From: Candidatus Falkowbacteria bacterium GW2011_GWF2_43_32 | Lineage (GTDB): Bacteria > Patescibacteriota > Patescibacteriia > Patescibacteriales > UBA12465 | Direction: 5' to 3' | Length of the DNA stretch: 64,000 nucleotides | Assembly: GCA_000999715.1 (NCBI GenBank) | Contig: LCGL01000001.1 | Span: forward strand, 259,139-323,138 | In this document: positions 19,534 through 29,265 of the stretch, in pieces | How positions within the stretch are numbered: the stretch's first letter is position 1 | Layout: the number at the start of each line of letters is the position of its first letter | Notes under the pieces: model-generated | Database searches by the model: none | The model's input: only the letters and a program-made list of their open reading frames with translations | Told to the model about the DNA's origin: nothing | Translations under genes and position numbers: made by a program

Positions 19534-20280
19534 TTAAAGCACCAAGCCTTCGGCAATTTTCAGCTCCTCTTGGCTGTTGATGCCCATTGCCTCATAAGGC
19601 TCAATGTTAATGGTGCCGATTTTTTCGCCGGCGGCAAAAGCCAGCTTCACCATATCGGTCAAATAATACTCTTTTGATTTATTCTCATTTGTCAGACTAT
19701 CAATATTCTTAAACAACCAATCTTTATTGAAACGCATAAACCCGGGATTAACGGCGGTAATTTTTTTTTGTTCTTCGTCGGCGTCTTTAAACTCCACAAT
19801 TCCCTGGACCGCTCCGTCCGTGCCGATAATGAAACGCCCCCAATGATAAAAATTTTGATACCAACCCGCGAAGTTCGGCAATCGGGTCGGCATAACCGTT
19901 AAAACCGTAGAGTCGGCCGCCGCGAACTTCTTGATAGACTCTCTTTTTAAAAAAGGATGATCACCATAGAGAACCACGATATTATCAATTTTTCCGTCAC
20001 CGCTTTCAATGGCCGCCCGTGCGCAAGCCACCGCTTGGCCGGTGCCGAGCGGCTCTGTTTGCGCCACGTATTCGGCATCATATTCGGTCAACGCGGCTTT
20101 AATAATATCTCTGTTGTCATCAGACACGACAATAATCGGCCGCGGATCAATTTGAGCCGCCCTCACTTCCTCCATCAAATACTCTAACATCGCCCTGCCT
20201 TTCAAAGGTACTAAGACTTTGGGTAATTCGCTCTTCATGCGCGTCCCCCGACCGGCGGCTAAAATAACGATGCGGGTCAT
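19534..20280 (-). CDS. Sugar-1-phosphate nucleotidyltransferase (GlmU N-terminal domain only)
   Basis: LAAGRGTRMKS..PKVL, Q..PLGTG, LYGD, IVEFKDA, EYYLTD, GIN; no hexapeptide acetyltransferase domain. Confidence 0.88.
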   Translation of the reverse strand: MTRIVILAAGRGTRMKSELPKVLVPLKGRAMLEYLMEEVRAAQIDPRPIIVVSDDNRDIIKAALTEYDAEYVAQTEPLGTGQAVACARAAIESGDGKIDNIVVLYGDHPFLKRESIKKFAAADSTVLTVMPTRLPNFAGWYQNFYHWGRFIIGTDGAVQGIVEFKDADEEQKKITAVNPGFMRFNKDWLFKNIDSLTNENKSKEYYLTDMVKLAFAAGEKIGTINIEPYEAMGINSQEELKIAEGLVL

Positions 20281-20397
20281 AAAAAATAAAGATTAAATGC
20301 CTATCTTAAAATATAAAAATAAGGAAAATCAAAACTGATTTCCCTTATATTTTAACATTTTTTGCCATCGGAAGCAAACTAATATCTTAAATAAATT

Positions 20398-21843
20398 TTA
20401 CTTAATATAAGCTAAAATTTTCTCTTTTATCTCCTTTATTCTCCCGGCGACTTCGGCGGAAGTTTTAGCTTCGGCGTAGATTCTGATAATCGGCTCGGTA
20501 TTGGAGGCGCGCAAATGTACCCAAGAATCCGACCAGTCAATCTTCACGCCGTCAATGTTCGTAATCTTCAAATCGCCGGAAACCGAGCTTTGTTCTGTTT
20601 TATAAGCCTGCTCAACATCAGCCAATAATTTATTGACGTCCAGCCCGTCCGTCAATTCCAAACGATCCTTGACCATAAAATACATGGGAAATTGTTTTTT
20701 AAATTCAGAAATTTTTTTATTCTGTCCGGCTAACGCGGACAAAAATAAAGCGATGCCGACCAAAGCGTCGCGTCCGTAATGCAGTTCCGGGAAAATCACG
20801 CCGCCGTTCCCTTCACCGCCAACAACCGCCTTCAATTCTTTCATTTTCTGCACGACATTAACCTCGCCGACCGCCGCCGCTTCGTATTTGCCGCCGCCTT
20901 GTTCCGTAATGTCTTTTAAGGCGCGAGAAGAAGACAAATTGGAAACGGTTGCCTTTTGATATTTTCCGGGATGTTTTGCTTCAAGAGATTTATAGTTTTC
21001 TAACACATAATCCGCCACGGCGACTAGGGTATATTCTTCGCCGAACATCTCGCCGTTTTCGTCTATAAACGCCAAACGATCCACGTCCGGATCCACAACA
21101 ATTCCCAAATCCGCTCCCGTGGCTTTAACTTTCTCCATAATCTGCGTTAAATTTTCCGCCAAAGGCTCCGGCTTATGAGCGAAGCGTCCGTCCGGCTGAC
21201 AATTTATTTCAATTACTTCCGAAACGCCCAGCGCTTTCAATAATTCCGGCACGATTATCCCTCCGACCGAATTAATACCGTCCACGACAATTTTGAATTT
21301 CTTATTGGCGATGGCCGTTTTTTTAACCGTTGCCAAATTTAAAATGGCGTTTAAATGATTTTCGGCCAAAAATGGATTAAAAACATATTGGCCGGATTGC
21401 TCCTCGGTCGCAAAATTAATATCCGCTTTCTCCGCCAATTTCAAAATTTCCTGTCCGTCGGCCGCGGAAAAAAATTCTCCTTGACCGTTTAAAAGTTTAA
21501 GCGCGTTCCAGCCGACCGGATTATGCGAAGCGCTAATCATGATTCCGCCTTGCGCCGCCTGTTGAATCACCGTCATCTCCACCGTCGGCGTCGTTGCCAT
21601 GCCCAAATCAATCACGTCGGCACCAAGACTTAAAAGCGTGCCGATGACTAAATTTTTAACCATCTCTCCCGAAATTCGTCCGTCGCGACCGACGATTATT
21701 TTTAATTTAATATCCGGATAATTTTGTTTTAAAAAAAGAACATCGGCCGCGATAAAGCGAATAATGTCCAACGGAGTTAAATTTTCTCCCGAAATTCCGC
21801 CGATTGTCCCGCGGATGCCAGAGATGGATTTGATAAGGGGCAT
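20398..21843 (-). CDS. glmM: Phosphoglucosamine mutase
   Basis: SISGIRG, SASHNP, DPDVDR, GGEGNGG, RASNTEP; upstream of the GlmU-like gene. Confidence 0.85.
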   Translation of the reverse strand: MPLIKSISGIRGTIGGISGENLTPLDIIRFIAADVLFLKQNYPDIKLKIIVGRDGRISGEMVKNLVIGTLLSLGADVIDLGMATTPTVEMTVIQQAAQGGIMISASHNPVGWNALKLLNGQGEFFSAADGQEILKLAEKADINFATEEQSGQYVFNPFLAENHLNAILNLATVKKTAIANKKFKIVVDGINSVGGIIVPELLKALGVSEVIEINCQPDGRFAHKPEPLAENLTQIMEKVKATGADLGIVVDPDVDRLAFIDENGEMFGEEYTLVAVADYVLENYKSLEAKHPGKYQKATVSNLSSSRALKDITEQGGGKYEAAAVGEVNVVQKMKELKAVVGGEGNGGVIFPELHYGRDALVGIALFLSALAGQNKKISEFKKQFPMYFMVKDRLELTDGLDVNKLLADVEQAYKTEQSSVSGDLKITNIDGVKIDWSDSWVHLRASNTEPIIRIYAEAKTSAEVAGRIKEIKEKILAYIK

Positions 21844-21958
21844 ATGATTATATTATACTATTTCTTTATTTTTTACTCTTTTAATTTATAATATGATTAT
21901 ATAACAGAAAAATCCTTTAATAAAGATAGGAAATAATAATTTGATTCAAATCTGATCC

Positions 21959-21987
21959 TTGACAAAGACCCTTAAGTGTACTATATT
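21959..21987 (+). promoter_or_regulatory. Sigma70 promoter
   Basis: TTGACA-17 bp-TATATT, then boxA-like GTTCTTAACCAA at 22003. Confidence 0.7.
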
Positions 21988-22028
21988 ATGTTGATAAATA
22001 TAGTTCTTAACCAATTAAAAATTTAGGG

Positions 22029-22295
22029 ATGGAAGCACAATTTTTTAGAATAACTCTTTATGGCATGATGGCCATTCAAATGCTCGCTTGGGGATGGTTC
22101 AGTTATAAGGCCGGAAAATTATCAGATAAAAGCTTTCTTATGTTCACAGCCATGATGATGATTGGTCAAATCGGCGCCGGCATTGAAACTGTCTATCTAC
22201 AAGCTTGGGGAGCTTTTTCAATGCAAATTTATTTCTTAATATTTACTCTATTTGGTGGCATACGCCGATATTCCTCTCGTAAAAAAGGTAGCTAA
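22029..22295 (+). CDS. Small 3-TM membrane protein (CBU_0592/PQ-loop-like size and pattern)
   Basis: Three hydrophobic segments in 88 aa; own promoter and terminator; family call is tentative. Confidence 0.7.
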   Translation: MEAQFFRITLYGMMAIQMLAWGWFSYKAGKLSDKSFLMFTAMMMIGQIGAGIETVYLQAWGAFSMQIYFLIFTLFGGIRRYSSRKKGS

Positions 22296-22368
22296 TTTCA
22301 TGATTGTATATTAAAGCGGATTTATAAATTCGCTTTTTTTTATTTTCCCCAATAAAAAAACACCATTG

Positions 22369-22484
22369 TTCTGGCGGCGACCTACTTTCCCAGGGCTCAG
22401 GCCCAAGTATCATCGGCGCTGGAAGGCTTGACTGCTGAGTTCGGGATGGGATCAGGTATGACCCTTCCGCTCAAACCACCAGAA
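22369..22484 (-). rRNA. rrf: 5S rRNA
   Basis: Minus strand contains CCTGATCCCATCCCGAACTCAGCAGTCAAG and GAAAGTAGGTCGCCGCCAG; flanked by an inverted processing stem. Confidence 0.97.
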
Positions 22485-22722
22485 CAATGGTGTCTTTTAT
22501 ATAGAGCCTATCTTCAGCCGGAGCCGCCGATAGGTTACCATTGTGAATTTGTCAGGTAAAAATCAGAAAACTGCTTGGACATCAAAAATTCTTAAAAATA
22601 AAAGTGTGGGAAAATCAAACGACTTATTAGTACCGCTCCGCTCAATCCCTTGCGGGACTTACACGTACGGCCTATCAAGGTTATAATCTCTAACCAGTCT
22701 ATGAAACCTAATCTTAGAGACA

Positions 22723-22753
<31 letters not shown>

Positions 22754-22954
22754 TAAACCGAAGGTAGCTACCCGGCAATGCCCCTGGTGGGACAGCCGGC
22801 ACACTAGAGCTTCGTCCTTCCCGGTCCTCTCGTACTAAGGAAGGGCCTCTTCAAGTTTCCACGACCACAGTGGATAGGAGACCGACCTGTCTTACGACGA
22901 ACAGCCCAACCCTTGGGAGCTTCTCCACCCCCAGGATGCGACGAGCCGACATCG

Positions 22955-23759
22955 TGTATGATTCCATTATTACTAATGGTACGGACTATGTCTTCATCCC
23001 ACTAAAATCTAATGGGAGTTGGCGTATTATGACTCAAAGCCATAAGTTTCTTCCGGCCAAGGAAGAAAACAAGTCTCTACAGGGTCATAACTCAATTTTA
23101 TAGCGCATTGACGGAATAATATATTTCTCTATCAAATTCCTGAGTTTTGGCAAACTAGACTTGATAAATCTTATTCGATAATAAGATTTGTCTTTATTTA
23201 AACCGGCCGATAAGCCAATTTTCTTTAAAGAAGAAATCATTTTCCGCTGCGACCCGTTATCAAATTGCTGAGTATTAAGGTAAATGTCCGACGAACGACA
23301 TTTGCTGCCATCGTCCATAAACCAAATTGCTAAAATCATAGAATTAAGCCGAAGATTGCCAGGAATTATTTTTTTACCATTTTGATAAAAATTCTTAAAT
23401 AATTCCGTTAACTCGGGGTGTTGTTCGGTATAAAACCGATACGCGACCCTGCCTCCATTGCCTTTTCTTGATTTTGGCGGACTCTTCACAATACTTTTCA
23501 ATTGATCATACTTCCAATCAACATATTTTTTCTGTTTTATGGAGTGATTAATCTCTAAAAAAGCATTTCTTCTACCTTTGATAACGCGCAAGTAACCGTC
23601 GCCCAAAATTGAGCCGACGATTATTGATTTTTGCGTTTGAGTTAGACTTCCCGCGGCGTTGTCCATAATTAATTATTATAGGCCAAATAAATTATGGAGT
23701 CCACCGTTATAAGCCAATTTTATTCACTCGATTACTCGAGATGGCACCCCGATATGTTA
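22955..23759 (-). mobile_element. Group I intron at 23S position 2500 (IA-like, with P7.1/P7.2)
   Basis: Splits GGCACCT|CGATGTCGG; internal guide AUCG-GGGUGCC; R element GUAGAGACUUG, S element AAGACAUAGUCC. Confidence 0.92.
23085..23666 (-). CDS. LAGLIDADG homing endonuclease (two-motif, I-SceI-like)
   Basis: IIVGSILGDGY and LAIWFMDDGS; inside the intron. Confidence 0.92.
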   Translation of the reverse strand: MDNAAGSLTQTQKSIIVGSILGDGYLRVIKGRRNAFLEINHSIKQKKYVDWKYDQLKSIVKSPPKSRKGNGGRVAYRFYTEQHPELTELFKNFYQNGKKIIPGNLRLNSMILAIWFMDDGSKCRSSDIYLNTQQFDNGSQRKMISSLKKIGLSAGLNKDKSYYRIRFIKSSLPKLRNLIEKYIIPSMRYKIEL

Positions 23760-24254
23760 AGGTGCCGAACCAGGTCGTCGATATGGACTCTTGGACCTGA
23801 CTAGCCTGTTATCCCCGGAGTAGCTTTTATCCGATGAGCTTCCACCATCCTACATTGAATGGTCGGATCACTAAGTTCCGCTTTCGCGACTGCTTGACTT
23901 GTAGGTCTCGCAGTAAAGCCGGCTTTTGCCTTTACACTATCTCCCGGGTTTCCATTCCGGGATAGCCGACCTTGGTAAACGCCTCCGTTACTTTTTGGGA
24001 GGCATCCGCCCCAGACAAACTACCCACCAGACACTGTCCCCCGCTATCGCGGGGTGAGAATTAAAAATAGGCAAGGGTGGTATCTCACTGGTGCCCGAAG
24101 GCTCCCACCTATGCTGAACAAGCATACCTCTAATTCAATATCAAGTTGTAGTAAAGCTTCACGGGGTCTTTTCGTCCAACTGTGGTTAACGAGCATCTTT
24201 ACTCGTATTGCAATTTCACCGAGTACTTCGTTGAGACAGTGCCCAAGTGGTTAA

Positions 24255-24297
<43 letters not shown>

Positions 24298-25039
24298 CTT
24301 CACTTGCTTAATATTTCTATTAAGAATGGACTTTATCTTACTCATGATATGAATTTAATTCTTCTAAAACTTTTAGAGCGGATATTTTATCCTGTCTGTT
24401 CATTTTAGAAGCGATGGCAATAATATCCTTAATGCCTTCAGCCGATAAATGTTTATTTTGGTTCATCAATGCAATAATCTCCTTAAATTTAATGAAATCA
24501 AATTTCTTTTGAGTCAATAACGGATATTTGTCAAAATGAGGAATAACGAACTTATTCATATGTTCTAAAGATCTTATTCTCAGCTCATACCGAGTATCGT
24601 GATTTATTCTCACGACTCCAGCGCCGAAATATTTCTTTAAAGCATACAATAATTGTATATCGCGTTTATGCTGGACTATCCGAAATTCCGGCAATACTTG
24701 AAAATTTATTTTCATCGTATCGTTTTTATTTATTCCAACATAAAACGTTCCTTCACCATCGACAAATCCGCTTACCCAATGTGGATTTATCTTCATATTT
24801 TAGAGTCTCAGTTTTTAAGTCTCTGAGGATTTTTAATCCTGCGCGTTTGCCCCGTGTATCTAAGGATTTTTACTGAGGTCGACAACCCCGAGTACCTTAA
24901 ATCTTTTGAGGATTTTCACGCATTTTACTGAATATTTAATGACAACTATAACTTTCGCTATAGCCAGGCAACGTATTTTTATGTTTATCACCATATAATC
25001 GTCCCAGTCCTTTTGCAATCTAATGTAATAAATTGCAAA
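24298..25039 (-). mobile_element. Group I intron at 23S position 1931
   Basis: Splits CCTAAGGT|AGCGAAATT; ends in G; R element CUCAGAGACU, S element AAGAUAAAGUCC. Confidence 0.92.
24338..24796 (-). CDS. LAGLIDADG homing endonuclease (single motif)
   Basis: WVSGFVDGEGTF, FRIVQ, FDKYPLLTQK; stop codon overlaps the S element. Confidence 0.93.
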   Translation of the reverse strand: MKINPHWVSGFVDGEGTFYVGINKNDTMKINFQVLPEFRIVQHKRDIQLLYALKKYFGAGVVRINHDTRYELRIRSLEHMNKFVIPHFDKYPLLTQKKFDFIKFKEIIALMNQNKHLSAEGIKDIIAIASKMNRQDKISALKVLEELNSYHE

Positions 25040-25743
25040 ACCTTAGGACGATTATAGTTATCGCCGGCGTTCATCCGCGCTTCAATTCGAGGCTTCGCCT
25101 TACGGCTAACCCCTCCTCTTAACGTTCGGACACTGGCCAGGCATCACCCTCTATACATCCTCTTGCGAGTTAGCAGAGAGCTATGTTTTTGATAAACAGT
25201 CCCTTGGGCTCTTTAGCTGCGGCCCTGCTTGCGCAGGGCAGGCCTTATCTCTAAATTACGGCCGCTGTTTTGCCGAGTTCCTTAACGAAGTTTCTCTCGT
25301 ACATCTGAGGCTTCTCGCCTCACCTACCTGTGTCGGTTTACGGTACGATTACTGTTACCTTAGCCCTAGAGGTTTTTCTAGTCAGTTCTGCCACTTGAAT
25401 TGATTCCGCCTTGCGACTTCATCTCTTCTCAATCCCTTGAAACTATGGCCCGGATTTACCTAGGCCGTTTCTTGAGACCGCAAACGCACATACCATAGCG
25501 CGCTCAAACTTTAGAACTGCGTCTCCCCATCGGAAAATAACAGTAGTGCCGGAATATTAACCGGCTCATCCATCGGTCAGGGCCCGCACTACACGGGCTG
25601 GACCTTAGGATCGACTAACCCTGGGTCGATTTTCGTTGCCCAGGAAACCTTAGGTTTTCGATGGGCGGGGTTTTTACCCGCCTTTTTGCTACTCATGCCA
25701 ACTCACGACACGGCTTCGACGCTGAAGGGAATGCTCCTCTACC

Positions 25744-25852
25744 ACTGCCTAGATTTCTGTCTTCTATTTCTCATCTTCGTGGGCACTACACTCCACGAAC
25801 CTCTAGCAAAATTTATGTTTTGCCGGAAATAAACGACACAAATCTAGGCAGT
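25744..25852 (-). other. Helix 45 insertion / intervening sequence in 23S
   Basis: 13-bp perfect inverted repeat ACTGCCTAGATTT/AAATCTAGGCAGT enclosing ~85 nt at the helix 45 position. Confidence 0.75.
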
Positions 25853-26572
25853 TCACACCTTCGGTACTATGCTTAGCCCCGATAAATTTTCGGCGCGAAA
25901 CAACTTGATTAGTGAGCTATTACGCTATCTTTAAAGGATGGCTGCTTCTAAGCCAACCTCCTAACTGTCGTAGGGGACCTTAGATTGTGATTAGGGCTGT
26001 TTCCCTTTCGACTGATGAACCTTAGCGCCCATAGTCTGACTCCCGGACTCTACCCCCAGGTATTCGGAGTTTGATTGAAGACGGTATCTTGCGACCCGCC
26101 CTCATCCAGTGCTCTACCCCCTGAGGTCAACATCCGAGGCTAGCCCAAAAGCTATTTCGAGGAGAACCAGCTATTGCCGAGTTCGATTACAATTTCTGCG
26201 CTAACCACAAGTCATCCCATAGTGTTGCACGGCTAATGGGTTCGGTCCTCCATCCGTCTTTCGACGAACTTCAACCTGCTCATGGTTAGATCACCCGGCT
26301 TCGGGTCTTGTCCATGCGACGAATGCTACGCTTCCGTCCCGCTAGCGAATATCCGAATCTTGCGACCCGGTTAAACGTTGGACGAAAGCGAAGCACAAAC
26401 GGGCTATTAACCCTCGCTTTCACTCTGCATGCTCTCCAAAGGAGATTATGCCAGCCACATAGAACAAACTCGTTGGCTCATTCTTCAATAGGCACGCCGT
26501 CACCCCTTGCGGGGCTCCGACTCTTTGTAAGTATATGGTTTCAGATACTATTTCACCTCCCTAAACGGGATG

Positions 26573-26609
<37 letters not shown>

Positions 26610-27308
26610 ATCATAAGAAGTATTTAGTCTTAGGTCATAGTCGACCTGGCTTCAAACGGGATTTCACGAGTCCCGTCCTACTTAAGACAAAAGCCACGAA
26701 GAGTCAATTCTTTTCGCTTACCGGGCTATCACCGTCTCTGGCCGAGCTTTCCAGCTCGTTCAACTAAGAATTGTCTTTTTTTACTTCGCCCTGTTGATCT
26801 GGCAACAAGCGCTAATATCTTGCAACACCGAAAAAACATATGGCTCCAGAGCCTTCTGAAGCAAACTTGGCGAACCAAGCTCACTTCTCAGTTATTTGGG
26901 TTTAGACTTCTCCCCTTTCGCTCGCCACTACTCAGGGAATGATTGTTATTTTATTTTCCTCCGGCTACTAAGATGTTTCAGTTCACCGGGTCTTCCAGCT
27001 CGCCTTAAAGGCTGAGCTTTCTCCATCTTCAATGGAGAGGGTTTCCCCATTCGGAGATCCGCGGGTCAAAGGTTGCTTGCCACCTCACCGCGGCTTATCG
27101 CAGGCTGCTACGTCCTTCATCGTCTTCTTATGTCAAGGCATCCACCATATACTCTTATTGAGATTTTCCCACGCTTTTATTTTTAAAGCTACAAAAGCGC
27201 GTTTTTCAGTATTCCGATTACAGCCTCTCGATCTCGGACGAAAAATTCGAGACAAGAGATCCAAATACTGATCTTACTTAATTTTTGATGTCTTTACTCT
27301 AACATTGA

Positions 27309-27320
27309 TTGTTAAGGGAC
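27309..27320 (-). promoter_or_regulatory. boxA-like site in the 23S leader
   Basis: GTCCCTTAACAA versus the rrn boxA consensus GYTCTTTAACAA. Confidence 0.6.
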
Positions 27321-27335
27321 TTGATAGCAGGGCGC

Positions 27336-27359
27336 AAAAAAACCGCTGGTAAGCGGTTC
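27336..27359 (-). terminator. Intrinsic terminator (attenuator) within the 23S leader
   Basis: GAACCGCT-TACC-AGCGG followed by 7 T, located between the promoter and the 23S. Confidence 0.8.
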
Positions 27360-27384
27360 TAAGTAATCGCAAAATAGCTGATCG

Positions 27385-27426
27385 TTAGAATCGCTTTTTA
27401 AGATAATTTCTGAGCTTCTTTTGCAT
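27385..27426 (-). CDS. Putative leader peptide MQKKLRNYLKKRF
   Basis: ATG..TAA in the rRNA leader; its last 12 nt are complementary to the terminator 5' strand. Confidence 0.6.
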   Translation of the reverse strand: MQKKLRNYLKKRF

Positions 27427-27466
27427 ATTGTTTTCGGCTTTTTCAGCCCTGTTAAAACTGATAAGA

Positions 27467-27494
27467 ATTATACCAGTTTGAAAAACTATGTCAA
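27467..27494 (-). promoter_or_regulatory. 23S-5S promoter
   Basis: TTGACA-16 bp-TATAAT with extended -10 TG; a 16-bp spacer is typical of rrn promoters. Confidence 0.85.
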
Positions 27495-27666
27495 GGGGGA
27501 TAAAGTGTTGAAAAGATAGCGGAAAATAAGCTTTTTCATTCATAAGTTTATCATTCATAATTTAGCTGATTTTAGAGTAAATTAATTATATCTATTGACA
27601 AATAATATATTATATGATATAATAGCTTCATCAGAATCAACTAGTTATTTACCAAATAAATATATC

Positions 27667-28053
27667 ATGAAAAAAATTGTAAAATTTTTCGAGCTGGTTT
27701 TAAGTTCACCGAGAAGACTTAAAGAGCTAACACAAAAATATCCGGAAACTTGTTCCCTGGTCGTAGGAAGCCTATGTGCGATTGCTATTATAGCAGTCTT
27801 CATAACTAAATTGACCGTGCCGGCACAGTGGAATTTTGATGCTTTCGCAAACTTTCTGTTCGATTTCATTTTTATTCTTCTGATGAGTTTATGCGTCGGC
27901 GGCTTGTCCTACTTCATGGCTATCATGATGTTTGGAGAAAAAAAATCCGAGGAATTAAGCCAAGCTGCGCTTAAAAACGAAATCAAGCTAATCATCAACA
28001 CCGGATTAATAAACAGCGGCGCCGCTAAAACAGCCGATGACTTGATAAAATGA
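27667..28053 (+). CDS. Hypothetical 2-TM membrane protein
   Basis: Two hydrophobic helices; TTGACA..TATAAT promoter from 27595; terminator near 28072-28105. Confidence 0.7.
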   Translation: MKKIVKFFELVLSSPRRLKELTQKYPETCSLVVGSLCAIAIIAVFITKLTVPAQWNFDAFANFLFDFIFILLMSLCVGGLSYFMAIMMFGEKKSEELSQAALKNEIKLIINTGLINSGAAKTADDLIK

Positions 28054-28202
28054 TCAGATGCATCAAAAAACAAAACAGCCAATCTTCAAGAAAGGCTGTT
28101 TTTTTCTTAATCAAAAACAGGCTCCGGCCTGTTCTTTTTCCAAAAAATTTATTAATTTAAAATTTTCGCTTCCTGATTTTAAAGCGCTCGTCCTTAGAAA
28201 GT

Positions 28203-29261
28203 TCAAGCGCCAAGCATGCCGATATCTTCCATATTTCTTTCCGCTACCTCCCGACTGATTTCGCCGGCTTGATATAATTCTTTGAGATGGCGGTCCAAAG
28301 TAATCATGCCGATTGAAGCGTTCGTTTCAATCGTGCTTTTAATCTGGGCGGTCTTCCCTTCCCTAATCAGATTGGCGATCGCCTCGTTGTTTATTAAAAC
28401 TTCCCGCGCCGCTATCCGTCCGCCCTTGATACGCGGTAATAATCTCTGGGAAATAATCGCCGACAAAACGCCGGACAACTGCGATTTGATTTGATTTTGT
28501 TGATGCGGCGGGAAACTGTCAATAATACGATCGACCGTCTGGGCCGCGTTATAAGTATGCAAAGTCGCAAACACTAAATGTCCGGTTTCCGCCAAAGTCA
28601 CGGCCGCGGCCATCGTTTCCGGGTCGCGCATTTCACCGAGCATAATCACGTTCGGGTCTTGGCGCAAAATATGCTTCAAGCCGGCGGCAAAACTCAACAT
28701 ATCTTCTCCCAATTGTCGTTGGGAAATAATGCTTTTGGCCGGCGTAAAAATATATTCTATCGGGTCCTCTAAAGTAATGATGTTAACGCCGCGCGTTTCG
28801 TTGATATAATTGATCATGGCGGCCAGCGTCGTGGACTTGCCGCAACCGGTCGGTCCGGTCACCAAAATAAATCCCTGCGGCAGATTCAAAAGATCTTCCA
28901 CCACCGGCGGCATGCCGATTTCCTGAAGCGAGGGCTTGCGACTGTCAATCACGCGAGCGACAATCCGAGTATTATTTTTTTCAAAAGAAAAATTAATCCG
29001 ATAACGATAGGCTTCAACTTGATAGCCCAAATCCAAATCGCGTTTGTCCGAAAAGCGCGCCCTTTGTTCTTTGGACAACAAAGTCTGAGAAAAGCTTTCC
29101 AAATCGGCGGCCGTTAATTTGGCGAAGGCGCCGTCGGGAACAATTTTATTGATATCCGACAGCTCCCCGTCAATTCGTAAAATCGGCGCTTGATCAAAAA
29201 GCAAATGAATATCCGAAGCTTTTTTTTCCGCCGCCAGTTTTAAGAGATTATTGATATCCAT
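28203..29261 (-). CDS. pilT: Type IV pilus retraction ATPase PilT/PilU
   Basis: ASDIH, TGPTGCGKST, TLEDPIE, LRQDP, GEMRD, AETGHLVFATLH. Confidence 0.93.
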   Translation of the reverse strand: MDINNLLKLAAEKKASDIHLLFDQAPILRIDGELSDINKIVPDGAFAKLTAADLESFSQTLLSKEQRARFSDKRDLDLGYQVEAYRYRINFSFEKNNTRIVARVIDSRKPSLQEIGMPPVVEDLLNLPQGFILVTGPTGCGKSTTLAAMINYINETRGVNIITLEDPIEYIFTPAKSIISQRQLGEDMLSFAAGLKHILRQDPNVIMLGEMRDPETMAAAVTLAETGHLVFATLHTYNAAQTVDRIIDSFPPHQQNQIKSQLSGVLSAIISQRLLPRIKGGRIAAREVLINNEAIANLIREGKTAQIKSTIETNASIGMITLDRHLKELYQAGEISREVAERNMEDIGMLGA

Positions 29262-29265
29262 AAAT

